A DNA stretch of 64,000 bases. Source: Moniliella sp. 'wahieum' (Eukaryota). The stretch is from NCBI GenBank assembly GCA_003971905.1, contig RSEE01000025.1, positions 496,001 to 560,000 on the forward strand. The letters are read 5' to 3'. Shown piece by piece: positions 53,498 to 64,000 of the stretch. The position numbers and the translations under genes were made by a program. The notes beneath the pieces were generated by a model, which saw only the letters and a program-made list of their open reading frames with translations, did no database searches and was not told the DNA's origin. How positions within the stretch are numbered: the stretch's first letter is position 1; the number at the start of each line of letters is the position of its first letter.

Positions 53498-53548
53498 GAT
53501 GCCAGAGACGGGAGGGTGGTGGGAAGAAAATCATCTTTCTTCGCGCGG

Positions 53549-53632
53549 CTTATATAGCCCCCCTGCGTGAACTCCCCGCACTGGGGTTGCCTCTGGTTGC
53601 ACACGACACTAGCGCCGTGCGGCGCGCACGTG
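53549..53632 (-). promoter_or_regulatory. MET6 promoter: TATA box and CACGTG (Cbf1-type E-box)
   Basis: TATATAAG on the minus strand at 53549-53556 and CACGTG at 53627-53632. Cbf1 E-boxes are established for yeast MET genes; function here is inferred. Confidence 0.4.
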
Positions 53633-54866
53633 GCTTCAATTTTGCAATTTTTGTCTTCCGGCCTCATCGACTCATCTCCGCGCGGCCGCCAGGCAGGCAC
53701 AGGGAGAGTGTCGAATGTTCGGGCCGCAAGACGCCAGTGTCCGATAGCACGCCATTCCCAACACCAACCCTACCCATCAGATGGAGGCCACAATGACCCC
53801 CTGCGCGCCCACTGGCATTGCTTGCGCACGGTCCTGCCAAATGTTCGCTTCCACCCTCTTCCACCCCAGCCATTGAATCCCCCCCAACCGCCCGGAATCC
53901 CTTTTGTTTTCTAATAACTACATTCGCCCAAGCCTCCGACATCACCACCAATCACCACCTTCATGCCACCATCCTGAGCCGCCATCTTCTCCTTCTGTTA
54001 TGAAGCGGTGGTGCCGACTATCGATCTCCGTTCCCTTATCAAACCCCTGATCTGCCATGCCTCCGCACCCTGGAGTGGAGGGCGTGGTGCATGATCAGCT
54101 TGGTTGGCCTCGTTGCTCCTTTCTCGGCCTAGGTGGGCAAAGCAGATGCGCACGGATCTTTCCAGTTCCCATTCGTGATACCATGCAGTGGGGGAGAGGC
54201 AGTCGTTAGTTGGAGGTAGGTCTTGGAGACTGCCCGTGTGATCTGCGATGCAGCGGCGATAAAAGATTAACTGGTATCGCACGCCATTCCTCGTACTGGC
54301 GGTTGACTCCTTTAAGGCGTGGGCGTGCGGTCAAGGCTGGGAGAACGAAGGTTGGTTGTTGCCAGGCTATCGGCTTGGCTCAAGTGCCCAGGCTCAGGTG
54401 CAGCAAAAACGTCGACTGGTCACTATCGAAGTCGAGCGCGAGGCGGCCCCGCTTTCGCCCTCTGTTCCGCTTCCTTTTCCCCTGCCTTTTGCTTGCGGCC
54501 CCCAAGTCCATTGATCTCCATGCGCGTCACGCAGTATCATCTGCAGCACCCAGCGCAGAGGGATGGGGCATGTGGTTGACGTTGAGTAGTTCCTGAGGGG
54601 AATCAAAAACTTCCGAATCGAGGCCAACCGGTTACCGGTAACAAAAAGTTGCCAGCAGGCAAAGCCGCTTTATAGGCCAGGCGGCGGCGCAGGGCATTCG
54701 ATTCACGTGAATCCGCTGGTTGAAAGTTGCAAGGATACACGTGGCATTTGGGGCGACGTCGTGGTCGCCCGATCGGGCAGCTGCGCCCTCGGCCTCCCTC
54801 GGCAGTGCTAGCCACCTCAAACACCGTGCTTGGCGCTTGCCCGCTCTCCCCACCAAGGTTGCCGCG

Positions 54867-55664
54867 ATGAACGACTCGATCGGCGCTGTGCTCGCCCTCG
54901 GGGTCGCCTGGCTCATATTTCGTTGTCTTTGTTCGCGGGGTTCCCCTTCCCGCTCTCCCGGCCGCAGCAACCGCTGCCGCCCGCGCCCGGGCCGTGCCCG
55001 CCGAACAGGTTGCCTCGGTCCAAGCCATGTTCCCGCAAATCCCCGAGGCGGCCATCCGCGCCGACTTGGTCCGCTCTCGCAGCACCCAGGCCACGGCAGA
55101 GCGGATCTTACGTGACGGATTCTTGCCTTTGCCCCGAGGCCTCTTGCCCACCGCTTCGCCCGCCCCGGTGCGAGAGACGACGTCTACGACCGCCCCCGCG
55201 ACACAGCCGCGCAGCCCACCGCCTGATCTATTGACCCGCTATGGTCTTTCACCTAGTGGCGAAAGGGCAAGGGAAAGGAGGTTGATCAAGGTGAAATCCC
55301 TTCGTTTTGTCGGGATGGAGTGCGGACCGGCAGGAGCGAGAAAACGCATTACGTCGACGCAAGGAGGCCGCCATTCTTCAAGCTCGCCAGTACGTTTGTT
55401 TCTCCTGCTTGTGGGCACGACCGCTGACCTATTCTCAGGCGCATGTTGGCCAAGCGTTCGAAACAGGCATCGCAAGATGCCCCCTCCGATGCCGATCATA
55501 CCGTTTCTTCTCCTCCGCTTCTGTACCACCATAATCTCCCCAGCAACTGGGCGTCGAGCATGGAGACATCGGGCCCGCCCACAATCCTTGACCTGGGGTG
55601 GTCTCGAGCACCGCACCACTACTTTGCACTACTACTTGATGAAATACTTCACATGGGGAGATGA
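54867..55664 (+). CDS. CUE1: CUE-domain ERAD adaptor (Cue1/Cue4-like)
   Basis: N-terminal TM (IGAVLALGVAWLIFR), CUE motif VQAMFPQIPEAAIRADL, DLLTRYGL, Ubc7-binding-like WSADRQERENALRRRKEAAILQAR. 3' end uncertain. Confidence 0.75.
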
Positions 55665-56196
55665 AGCGATGGATATGCTCCCGCGCGTGTTTTGCCTGGG
55701 TTTGAAAGGGAGCTATGCGGCGCTCGAACCCTTTACAATCGCGGGTCTCCATCGTTATCATAGGGATAGTCGAATCACTCTCCTGCTGGTCCCCGAGGGT
55801 CGGGGCGGCGAAGGTAGACGAACGGAAGGTTTGAGATTCAAAACGTCGTCTTATCCGGTTCAGGGCGAGGGCAAACTCAACAGGACAATTCAACAGGGCA
55901 ACCTCAGCAGTAATTTGATGATGCCCTCGAAGCTTCGCTCTTGCTGGGGCCCCGCCGTTCTCTGAGTGGCCCTTGGGCCGCGGCTCTAACAGTACTTCCC
56001 CCTGGTCATTGCATTAGTTGCGGCATCCCCACCATCACCTTAGCTACGCCCACACAGCAGTTTCTCACGCTGCCAAAGTCAAGTAGAAAGTCGATAAAGC
56101 CAGACACCACTTAAGAGATGCATTCGAGCCTTGACGAATACTTTCCAGGTGCTGCCTTGACAGCAAAGGAGGTGAAAAGTATGTAGTAGAGCCAAC

Positions 56197-57373
56197 TTAA
56201 GGTTTCCGAAATTGTTGAAAGGGGCGCTCGATGCCCAAGCGGCGAGTGAGCTTGACGGGCAAGCAATAGGTCGGATCAACCGGTTCGATCACGCTCCCCA
56301 CAGTGGAAGGCACCTCCTCGTCCAGTCCTGTCAACAGGGACAGGCCAGCAATTCCAAATAATGTGTGGAACACATCCGCCACATTATCCGGTCGGTCCGC
56401 CAAGCCACCCAGATCGGGGTCCTGGGCCGACAGGATAAAGAACGGAGTTTGGCCCCGTCAATCCAGTGCAATCGCTGAACAATGCTTAGCGAGCTGAGCA
56501 CCCACCAGGAGTAGCACACATCCTCTAATTTTTGCGGACGGCCATTCAAGCCACCGTTGGGAAGTTGCCGGTCACTGAGCCAAGCGCCGATTTGGTCTGC
56601 ATCAATGCGGTCCAGGGCGTTGAGAATGCTGAGCGCAGCAAGGCAGGTCCATGCCATTGCACTGTGACTTTCTGCCCCAATTTCCGGTCCAACCCGCCGT
56701 CGTAATTGTGACATTGGAGGAGATACGACACGGTTTCCTCCCGGATCGACTCCAATTCCTTGTCGGCACCAAGAAGCTGAAGCGCCTGGATGGCGCAGTA
56801 GAGAAATCGTGTATCGTGCTCGAGACGAGACGCATCACCATAGAATGCGCCACGCAAAGGCCCACTTGTTGCTCGAAGAGACATGATGTCTGGTACGAGA
56901 GGAATGGGTCACACCACGCACCAGCATCAGCATCACGCACACATACAGCGAATGACCGAGGGTTTGTCAATCACCTCCATTGCATCTTTCATGGCCAGGA
57001 CCTGGATGGCCGAAAGGGTAGAATGGATGTGGGTATCGTGGCCGGGGAAAGGGGCAAAGCCGCCAGGTGAGGGGGGAAGGGATTGGGAACGCCCGCCTGC
57101 GTCAAGGCCAATCTTTTGGAGCCGCTCGTGCTGGGTCGTCATATGTCGACTGGATGAAGCTGATCACATCCTCTCGGGCGAAACGTCATCAGCATCCAGC
57201 AAGGCAAGCGCACAGAGACCCCAGTAAACGCCGTTCATGCGCAAGTGCTCGGTCATGTGGTACATGAGTCCGTCGCGTTTGGCATCCAGGGCACGCACAA
57301 ATGCGATATGCTTCTCCCGCAACAGAGGCGGAGGCGCGACCGCCCGCCTGGGGGAGCCTGCTCGAGTAGCCAT
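56197..57373 (-). CDS. BET2: Rab geranylgeranyltransferase (GGTase II) beta subunit
   Basis: [80 protein letters not shown]. Confidence 0.92.
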
Positions 57374-57551
57374 CGCGAGGCGGGGGCTGTGGTGGTGGTC
57401 TGGGTCCTATGGCTGGGAAATATTCAAGGGAGGAGCCCATCGAGATTACGTCATCCACGGCGAGAGACGTGGAGCCTGCCACGCCCGCTGGCGAAGCCCG
57501 AGCAAGGGTGCGCTTGGATCAAGCTGCTCCTCACCACCACCGCTCCTTGCC

Positions 57552-58633
57552 ATGCTCTTCCGCATCCGCACTGCCTTGGCCGTGCTTGCCGCTGCCGGTA
57601 GCGTCTTTGCGTCCGCACTGGAGGTGACGGAAAGCTTGCGGTCACGACCATTGATGGTGCCACGCGCCTGACACAACCGTTCAAGTCGGGTGTGGATGTG
57701 ACCACGTCGTTGCCCCAGCCGCTTGCGCTGGAAGCCGACGAAGTCCTGCGCATCTCATTCCGCACGTTTGATCCTTATTTGGAGAGGACGAACCCCAAAA
57801 GGCACCCGAACAGCTCTTTGCCATTCTTGCAGACCCGGCCCACCCAGAGCATCAAGTTTCCACCCCAGTGCCCATTAAGAAAGGCAGTGGGAACAGGGCG
57901 AGCTTCACTGTTGTACGTGTTTTCTCTCTTGGATGCGGCCACGAATCTGACAACCTTGCTCTGTAGCGATTGGACCGCATGCCTCCCTCTCTCTTGAGCG
58001 GAAGCGGGCGCCTCTCTCTCCATCTCCTCCTGGGTTCTGCGGGGGAGTCAGCCCCCTTGGCGTATAGCCTTGGCGAAATTTCTGTGCCTAACCACATCCT
58101 TGTTGAGGAAAGTGCTGCTCTGACCCCGCGAGAGAAACGGGCTCAAGAAGATGGCTTTTACGGATGGCCGGCCCAACATCATACGTTTGCCATCCGGCGA
58201 GCGAGACTATGCCTCCTGCGATTATCAGCATTGCGTGTGCAGCACTGACTCTGGGCCTGCCTTGGGCTCTGCTTGTTGGTCTGGTTCGTACTCTTCTTGC
58301 TCTTATTGACATGACGCTCACATGTTTTATTTTTCACAGTGTCGTCCCTTGGCCTGCAAGTCACCAAGGGCGGCGAGAAGCCCAAGGCGATTTTTCTGGG
58401 TGATCGGGTACCTTGAACTGATTGCGCTCCGCTACTGGATCGGAGGCCCTTCTTTCACTCTGTTCAAGATGCTGCCTTGGCTTGCGGGCGGTGGCGTGGC
58501 TGCCCTGCTCACTGGACGGTACGCCTTGGGCCAGTTGGCGGCAGAGCGATTGGGTGTTCCAACCGTATCCCCGCCAGAACTTGCATCCGAAACCAAGGAG
58601 GAAGTTGCACCTGTTGACCAGAAGGCTGCGTAA
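57552..58633 (+). CDS. SWP1: Oligosaccharyltransferase delta subunit (Swp1/ribophorin II C-terminal)
   Basis: Signal peptide MLFRIRTALAVLAAAGSVFA, QHHTF..P...PPAIISI, LPWALLVGL, YWIG...LFKMLP, GRYAL. Introns; divergent from BET2. Confidence 0.75.
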
Positions 58634-59263
58634 TTCCTGATCGACTGTTAGTCAACCCTGGGCAATGCTATGTTGGTTGGCTTCCCCCAAGCGTACCATG
58701 CCACATGTATAGACGTGTCTGATCTGACTGTGTTGCTCGAGGTGGTGGGCTAAGTCCCCTGTCCTTACGGCGTCTGCGTGATGCATGTTTTTAGACTAAG
58801 CTTTCGCTGCTCTCTTTACTGGCCCACACAGAGTGGAAGACCTGCAGCAGTGTGTTGATCCGGGCAAGAGCCTGGGGCCGGAACGCCTGGCGAGCCCTCC
58901 TGGGTAGGAACCTCGTTTTTGCTGGACCATCTGAATTCCTCCAGCAGGGTGTTGTTTGTGTTCGTACTGAGTACCAGGCGGCTGTGCTGCTGACCAGATG
59001 TAGTGGCCGGTGATCTCAGGCCTCAGGCTGAGGCACGGGGCCTGAGGCATGGTCTGAGTACACCGAGTACTGAATAGAGCTCCCTGTTAGGGTTACCGCT
59101 GCCCTGATTGGGAGCGGGGGGTGCCTCTAATCTTTGGCATCCGACCGCCATTCGCCACTCGCACACGACTTGTGACCTGTTCGGCTTGGACCTCGAACCC
59201 TCTGGTCTGTTCTTGCTTTTCCTCGTATCGCGTTTCCACCACCACTTGCTTGTTTCATCCACC

Positions 59264-59973
59264 ATGTCGTCCTGGGGATCTTGGTTTGGAGGTCGGAGTC
59301 GGACCGCGCCGCGGGATGCGATTGTGGGGTTGCGGGAGAACCTGCTGATGCTCGACAAGAAGGAGCAGCACCTCCACAAGAAGATTGAGGAGCAGCAAAC
59401 CAAGGCACGTGGCCTGGTGTCTACGAATAAAAAGGCAGCGGCGCAGGCGCTTCGTCAAAAGAAACAATACGAGTCGGAGTTGGACCGGATTGCCGGCACG
59501 CGCATGACGCTCGAGGCCCAGGTCAACGCGATCGAGTCGGCCAACATGAACTTGGAGACGATGCAGGCCATGAAGCGTGGCTCCGAGGCGCTCAAGCAAA
59601 TCCATGGCTCGCTCAACATTGACAAGGTCGACGCTACGATGGACTCGATTCGGGAGCAGATGGACTTGACCAACGAGATCTCCGATGCCATCTCCAATCC
59701 GGTCGGGATGGGGCAGGACATTGACGAGGTATGTGGCCCTGCTCAGTGGCGCAAGGGAGGTACTGACTCACAGACAAGGATGAGCTCAAGGATGAGCTGG
59801 ATGAACTGGAACAGGAGGGCCTGGACGAGCGCTTGGTGGGGGCGGAACGGGTGCCCCACACAGCCCTCCCTTCGGTCCCGACCCCCATCACCTCCACTCC
59901 CGGCAAGCAAAAAGCTCAGGAGGAAGACGAGGATGCCGAGCTACGTGCCCTGCAGGCCGAGTTGGCCATGTAA
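59264..59973 (+). CDS. SNF7: ESCRT-III subunit Snf7/Vps32
   Basis: MSSWGSWFGG...RDAIVGLRENLLMLDKKE...LEAQVNAIESANMNLETMQAM...EISDAISNP...DIDE|DELKDELDELEQE...ELRALQAELAM*. Confidence 0.95.
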
Positions 59974-60452
59974 GGCTCGCTGCGGACCCGGGTCGGATCG
60001 GCGTATGGTAAACACGTTCGGGTGTACCTTGTTGTGCGCCCTTGTGTAGAGCGTGCCAGGCGTCTATCTTCCTTTGCCCATGCTTCCGCCCTCCGGACTC
60101 AGGCCTCATGCATCATGTCCTGCCGGCTGCGGTGTTGACATGTGGCATCTTAGTCTTGGCAGAGACCAGGAGGGGCTCCTCTCTTTGCGTCCCCTCACCA
60201 TCTACACTCTGTTCCTATTGCGGCGCTTGGGCGGTGGTGTCCTTCCTGTCCCGCCTGGGATGGGCTACAGTGACAGCACAGGCCCGTTCCGCGCTACATG
60301 TTATCGTATAAGAGTCTGAATGATCTAAACAAGTACTGGGCAGGTGGGATGTGTGTCCAGGCGAGTTGCACTTCAACTCGGATAGGTTTTTAGACGATTA
60401 ACTTGGTGCAAATCTGGGCCAACCACCGGTGCAGACAGAAAAAGGCAAAAAA

Positions 60453-60535
60453 GGGGTCCGCCCGGGATCGAACCGAGGACCACCTCTACGAGTTGAAAAC
60501 CCTAAAGAGGCATGATACCACTACACCACGAACCC
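60453..60535 (-). tRNA. tRNA-Pro(AGG) with an ~11-nt intron
   Basis: Acceptor GGGTTCG/CGGACCC, D arm GTG-TAGTGGTAT-CAT, anticodon stem CCTCT/AGAGG with TT-AGG-G, T arm CTCGG-TTCGATC-CCGGG, followed by an oligo-T terminator. Confidence 0.92.
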
Positions 60536-61199
60536 TTGATGGAAACTGGGTTGCTGAAAGTAGAGTCAGGCGTAACGCATAAAGAGCTATCGCTGTGTTG
60601 CCCACTGTAGGCCGTGGTGGGGCCTCAAACTGCAATGGAGTTGCGCTGAAGAATAGATATGTGATAGGAATGACTGCTGCAGAAGCATTGTACCCAGAGC
60701 CGATAGAACGGATGCAGTATGCATCACGCATGCATCACGCACCAATCCAGGGCCATCGTTATCCGAAGATGTATGCTTAGGCTGGCCTCGTGCGTGGGCG
60801 CTTGCCCATCCCAAACTGGGGGCGCTGCCACACAGTGCCTCAGTGCCTCCGTGCCTCGGGTGTGGTCACATGCACATCACATGTCATACTAGTCACCGGG
60901 TCACTGGGAGGGTCCCCCGGCACGGATGCCGGGCATGCAGTGGATGCAGCTGCATGCCAGGCAGACCAGCCGCAGCCCCAGGCATCCCGCCCCCGCATGC
61001 GTCCCCATGCAGGCCCCGCGCTGCAGACAACCCTAGCGCCCTGCATCACCGCAGCGCCGGGCAGCACAGCGCAGCACTGCGCAGCACCCCTCCGCGTGCA
61101 GCCTCGCCGCCCCGGTTGAGTGCTGTGTGGTGCTGGGCACGCCTGGGCCCTGCTGCGCCCCCCCCGGCTGCCCCCCCGCCCAGCAGCGGAGCATCTGAG

Positions 61200-64000
61200 A
61201 CGAGGCAGCCGCATGGACAGCACGCACCGCGCCAGTGTCCCAGCACGCGCACCGCCCGCGCATGCTCCACCTGGCAGGCATCTTGCCCCGCCAGCCTGCG
61301 CCTCTCTCCTCCCATCTCCACCCCGCCGCCGCAGCAGGGCGCCCACAGCCCCCCCAGCTGCGCCTCAGCCTCGGTGACAGCTTTGGCGGCAGCCTCGTCG
61401 ACACCGCTGCCTACACCGACCCCGAGCCCGAGCCCTTCCCCTCCGACGACGCCCACGTGCCTGGCGCCGCGCCCCAGTCCTGTCGCGTCTGCTCTGCCGC
61501 TGGACGATGGTGACGACGACGCCGACGATGACGCCGACGATGACGCCAACGACGACGATTTCGATGCGTCTGTGGATGAGTCTGTTGACGAGTCCTACGA
61601 TTACGACGACCCGAGCTTGCCCCTCCACCGCCAGCAGCTCGGGCCACCCAGCTCGTCCTCAACCACAAGCGCGCCCGCTCCCACTTCTCCATCCCCGACG
61701 TTGTCATTACCGCCGATGATGCCGATGGCGGAGAAAAAACATACGAAGTTCGCCTCGATGATTCCGTTCGACGCTCCATTGTATTCTTTCCCGACGCTGC
61801 GCAGGCCGCCGTCGACGATGCGCTGCGCGACGCCACCCCGCTCCCCACCTCGGACGCGTCCACTGCCTCCGACCCAGCACCCTTTCCCCTTTCCTCCTCT
61901 ACGTTGCCCCCCCGTAGTGACACCTCTGCCCCTCCCAATCCCACCCCCCCGCGTGTGCGTTCCGGCAGGACATTGATCCAATTGGACGAAGATGGCTCGG
62001 ATCCAGCCATTCGGGCCTTGAACGGGGCTCTGACCGCGAGCTTGCGTGGCGCCACCTATGCTCGCTCTCCACCTTCCTCGCCTCGCTCCCCATCCTCCCC
62101 ATCCTCCCCCACTTCATCTACTCCCACCCCGTCCCTCCCTCGGCATCCCACCCTTCTTCCGCAACCCCCATCCCATCTGCGTCGCCGGCTATTGGAAACG
62201 GGACGGCCCCCGCGGCGTCTGCCCCCTCACCCCCCCTCCCTTTACCTCGTAGGGGCTCTGGCGATTCGGGCGGGAAAGAGAAAAAGACCAAGCGGTCTCC
62301 GCTCGGGTTTCTCTTGCTGGGCAAGAAGAACCGATCCAACACGCTTCCTTCGCCGCCTAGCTTGCCACCGCTTCCTTCTGTCCCCACGCTTGCCACCCAG
62401 GCTTCTCCCTTCCCCACCTCGAGCGCCGCCAACTCGCCCCATGCGCCTGTTTTGCCTCTGCCCACATCACTCGCCCCCGGCGCCACCAATCAGTCCCCCA
62501 CCGCCGAGGGCGGCTTTTGGTCCAGCTTGGACGACCACCCGCGCGGTCGCCCCAGGGGTCGAGTAGCAGCGACGACAGTCCACCTGTCCCTCTATTTCCT
62601 CTCCGCCCCAGCCTGGCTCCCGGGCTGCGGGGTCGCAACGCCAAGGAGCGGGGGAAAGCCACTGATACCAGCGATCGTGGACGCCAAACCTTCCAAGCGG
62701 AGAAAAAAGCGGTTGAGAAGGAGCGCAAGGCGCGGCTCAAGGCCGAACAGGCGTTGGTCAAGGAACTGGCATCGCTCGATAAGATCGTCAAAGCACACGA
62801 TGCCAAGCAGGCAAACAGGGGCCAAGCAAGCCAAGGCCCTGGCCAAGGCCAAAGGCCAACACCCGCACTCCCCCCTTGTCCCACTGACCCCGCAGCAAGG
62901 GCGCCGAGCTTTCTTCTTCGCCTGCCTCTCCCACCACCGGTCGCTCCGGCCAAGGCCAAGTCGGGCTTGGCCCGATTCAGCTTGTCAGCAAAAAGTAGCG
63001 CAAAAAGGCCGGGGGGCGACAGAGGGCGGACACATGCCCCCCGCGGCTCCCATCCCGATTCCCTTACCACCCAGCACGCCTTTGGTTCGTCCAGCCCGCC
63101 CCCATCCTTGCCGCCAGTGACAGCGCGCTGCGTACCCGCCGTCGTCTGGTGGCATGCAACGAAGCACTTCGACGCGTCGCGCGCTCGCCGCGCTCGAACA
63201 GCGCAAACCGCGCCGAACGCGGCGGTCATCGTGGTGGGCTGTCGCGCTCCTCCTTATCGGCTGCCGCGTCGGTGCGCGAGTAAGCTCCCGCAAGGCGTTG
63301 ACCGGCGCATCGCAGCGGTCGCCTTCGTCTACGCGAACCAGCAGTCGTGGCTCGAGCCACGAATGGCGCCTGTGTCGGCCACGGCGCCCCTCTCGCTGGG
63401 TGGGGCCGTGCCAGATGGGTTTGCGGTCAGGCGCCGGCGCCGGCGGCGGTGGAGGCGGAATGGATCCCCAAGACTGGGCGAGGGCCGATTGGGTCGAAGA
63501 TGAAGCGAGGCTGCTTCGTCGGACGATGATGTGGACCGGGGCGGTCGTTGGATTTGCAACGCAACCGCGAAAAGGCGGCGGCGCGCAAAGCCCAACGGCC
63601 CGCTGTGCCTGTGCCTGGTCGTGTCTGTGTCTGTGCCTGTTCCTGCACCTGTCCCGTCCCCGTCTGGGCCGGTGCCTGCACCTGCATCTCCCGACCGGAC
63701 GGGCCTACCTGCGTCCGCGACAGCTGCCACCACACGGGCTACCGACCGCGACGCGGCGCCGCGTCCCAAATCTCCCGCCTTGGCGCGCAAACCTGTGCCA
63801 GTAGAGGACCCACAGGCGCCGCTCGCGACTTCTACCTCTCTCGAGCGACTCGGTGCCGGGGCCTATGAACCGGATGCGCAACCCGGCGCAGCAAGAGCTT
63901 GACCGCTTTGTCTTTCCCCGGTCGCCTGCGACGGGTGGGCCGGGCTAGAGGGGTGCAAGAGAAAACCAAGAGAAACAAAACGAGAAAGAGGAAGCGGGAT
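61200..64000 (+). CDS. Hypothetical Pro/Ser-rich protein (frameshifted, may run off the window)
   Basis: Overlapping plus-strand low-complexity ORFs with an acidic patch, KHTKFASMIPF, LGKKNRSNTLPS and a short coiled coil (EKKAVEKERKARLKAEQALVKEL). No family recognised. Confidence 0.35.

Noticed and set aside
59087..59095. TAACCCTAA on the minus strand as a telomerase RNA template
   Set aside because: A 9-mer is expected by chance at about this frequency. It lies in the short SNF7 upstream region with no other supporting structure.

Overview
GC-rich, intron-containing fungal genomic DNA, most consistent with a basidiomycete and probably Ustilaginomycotina (inferred from gene style and histone sequences). 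Nearly every conserved gene carries 1-bp frameshifts, so this looks like an unpolished long-read assembly and CDS ends are approximate. Recognisable genes in order: chitin synthase, Kin4-like kinase, a 5'-truncated CRE/Cnl1-type non-LTR retrotransposon (RT plus restriction-like endonuclease), FCY2-type permease, cytidine deaminase, tRNA-Arg(ACG), an atypical MAP kinase, an internally deleted Spt6, succinyl-CoA:3-ketoacid CoA transferase, FAM72-like protein, perilipin-like protein, all four core histones (H2B/H2A, H3/H4), malate synthase, MET6, CUE1-like, BET2, SWP1, SNF7 and tRNA-Pro(AGG). The most unusual signals are: (1) a pervasive intergenic 7-bp grammar, TNA plus a 4-bp palindrome repeated in register, with 12 different palindromic cores; (2) the retroelement apparently sits inside a short dispersed repeat that has an intact copy at the window start; (3) a MAPK with SGH instead of TxY, DYG instead of DFG and a ~80-aa activation segment; (4) a Spt6 lacking its whole central core; (5) an H3 with F78W and A75S next to K79.
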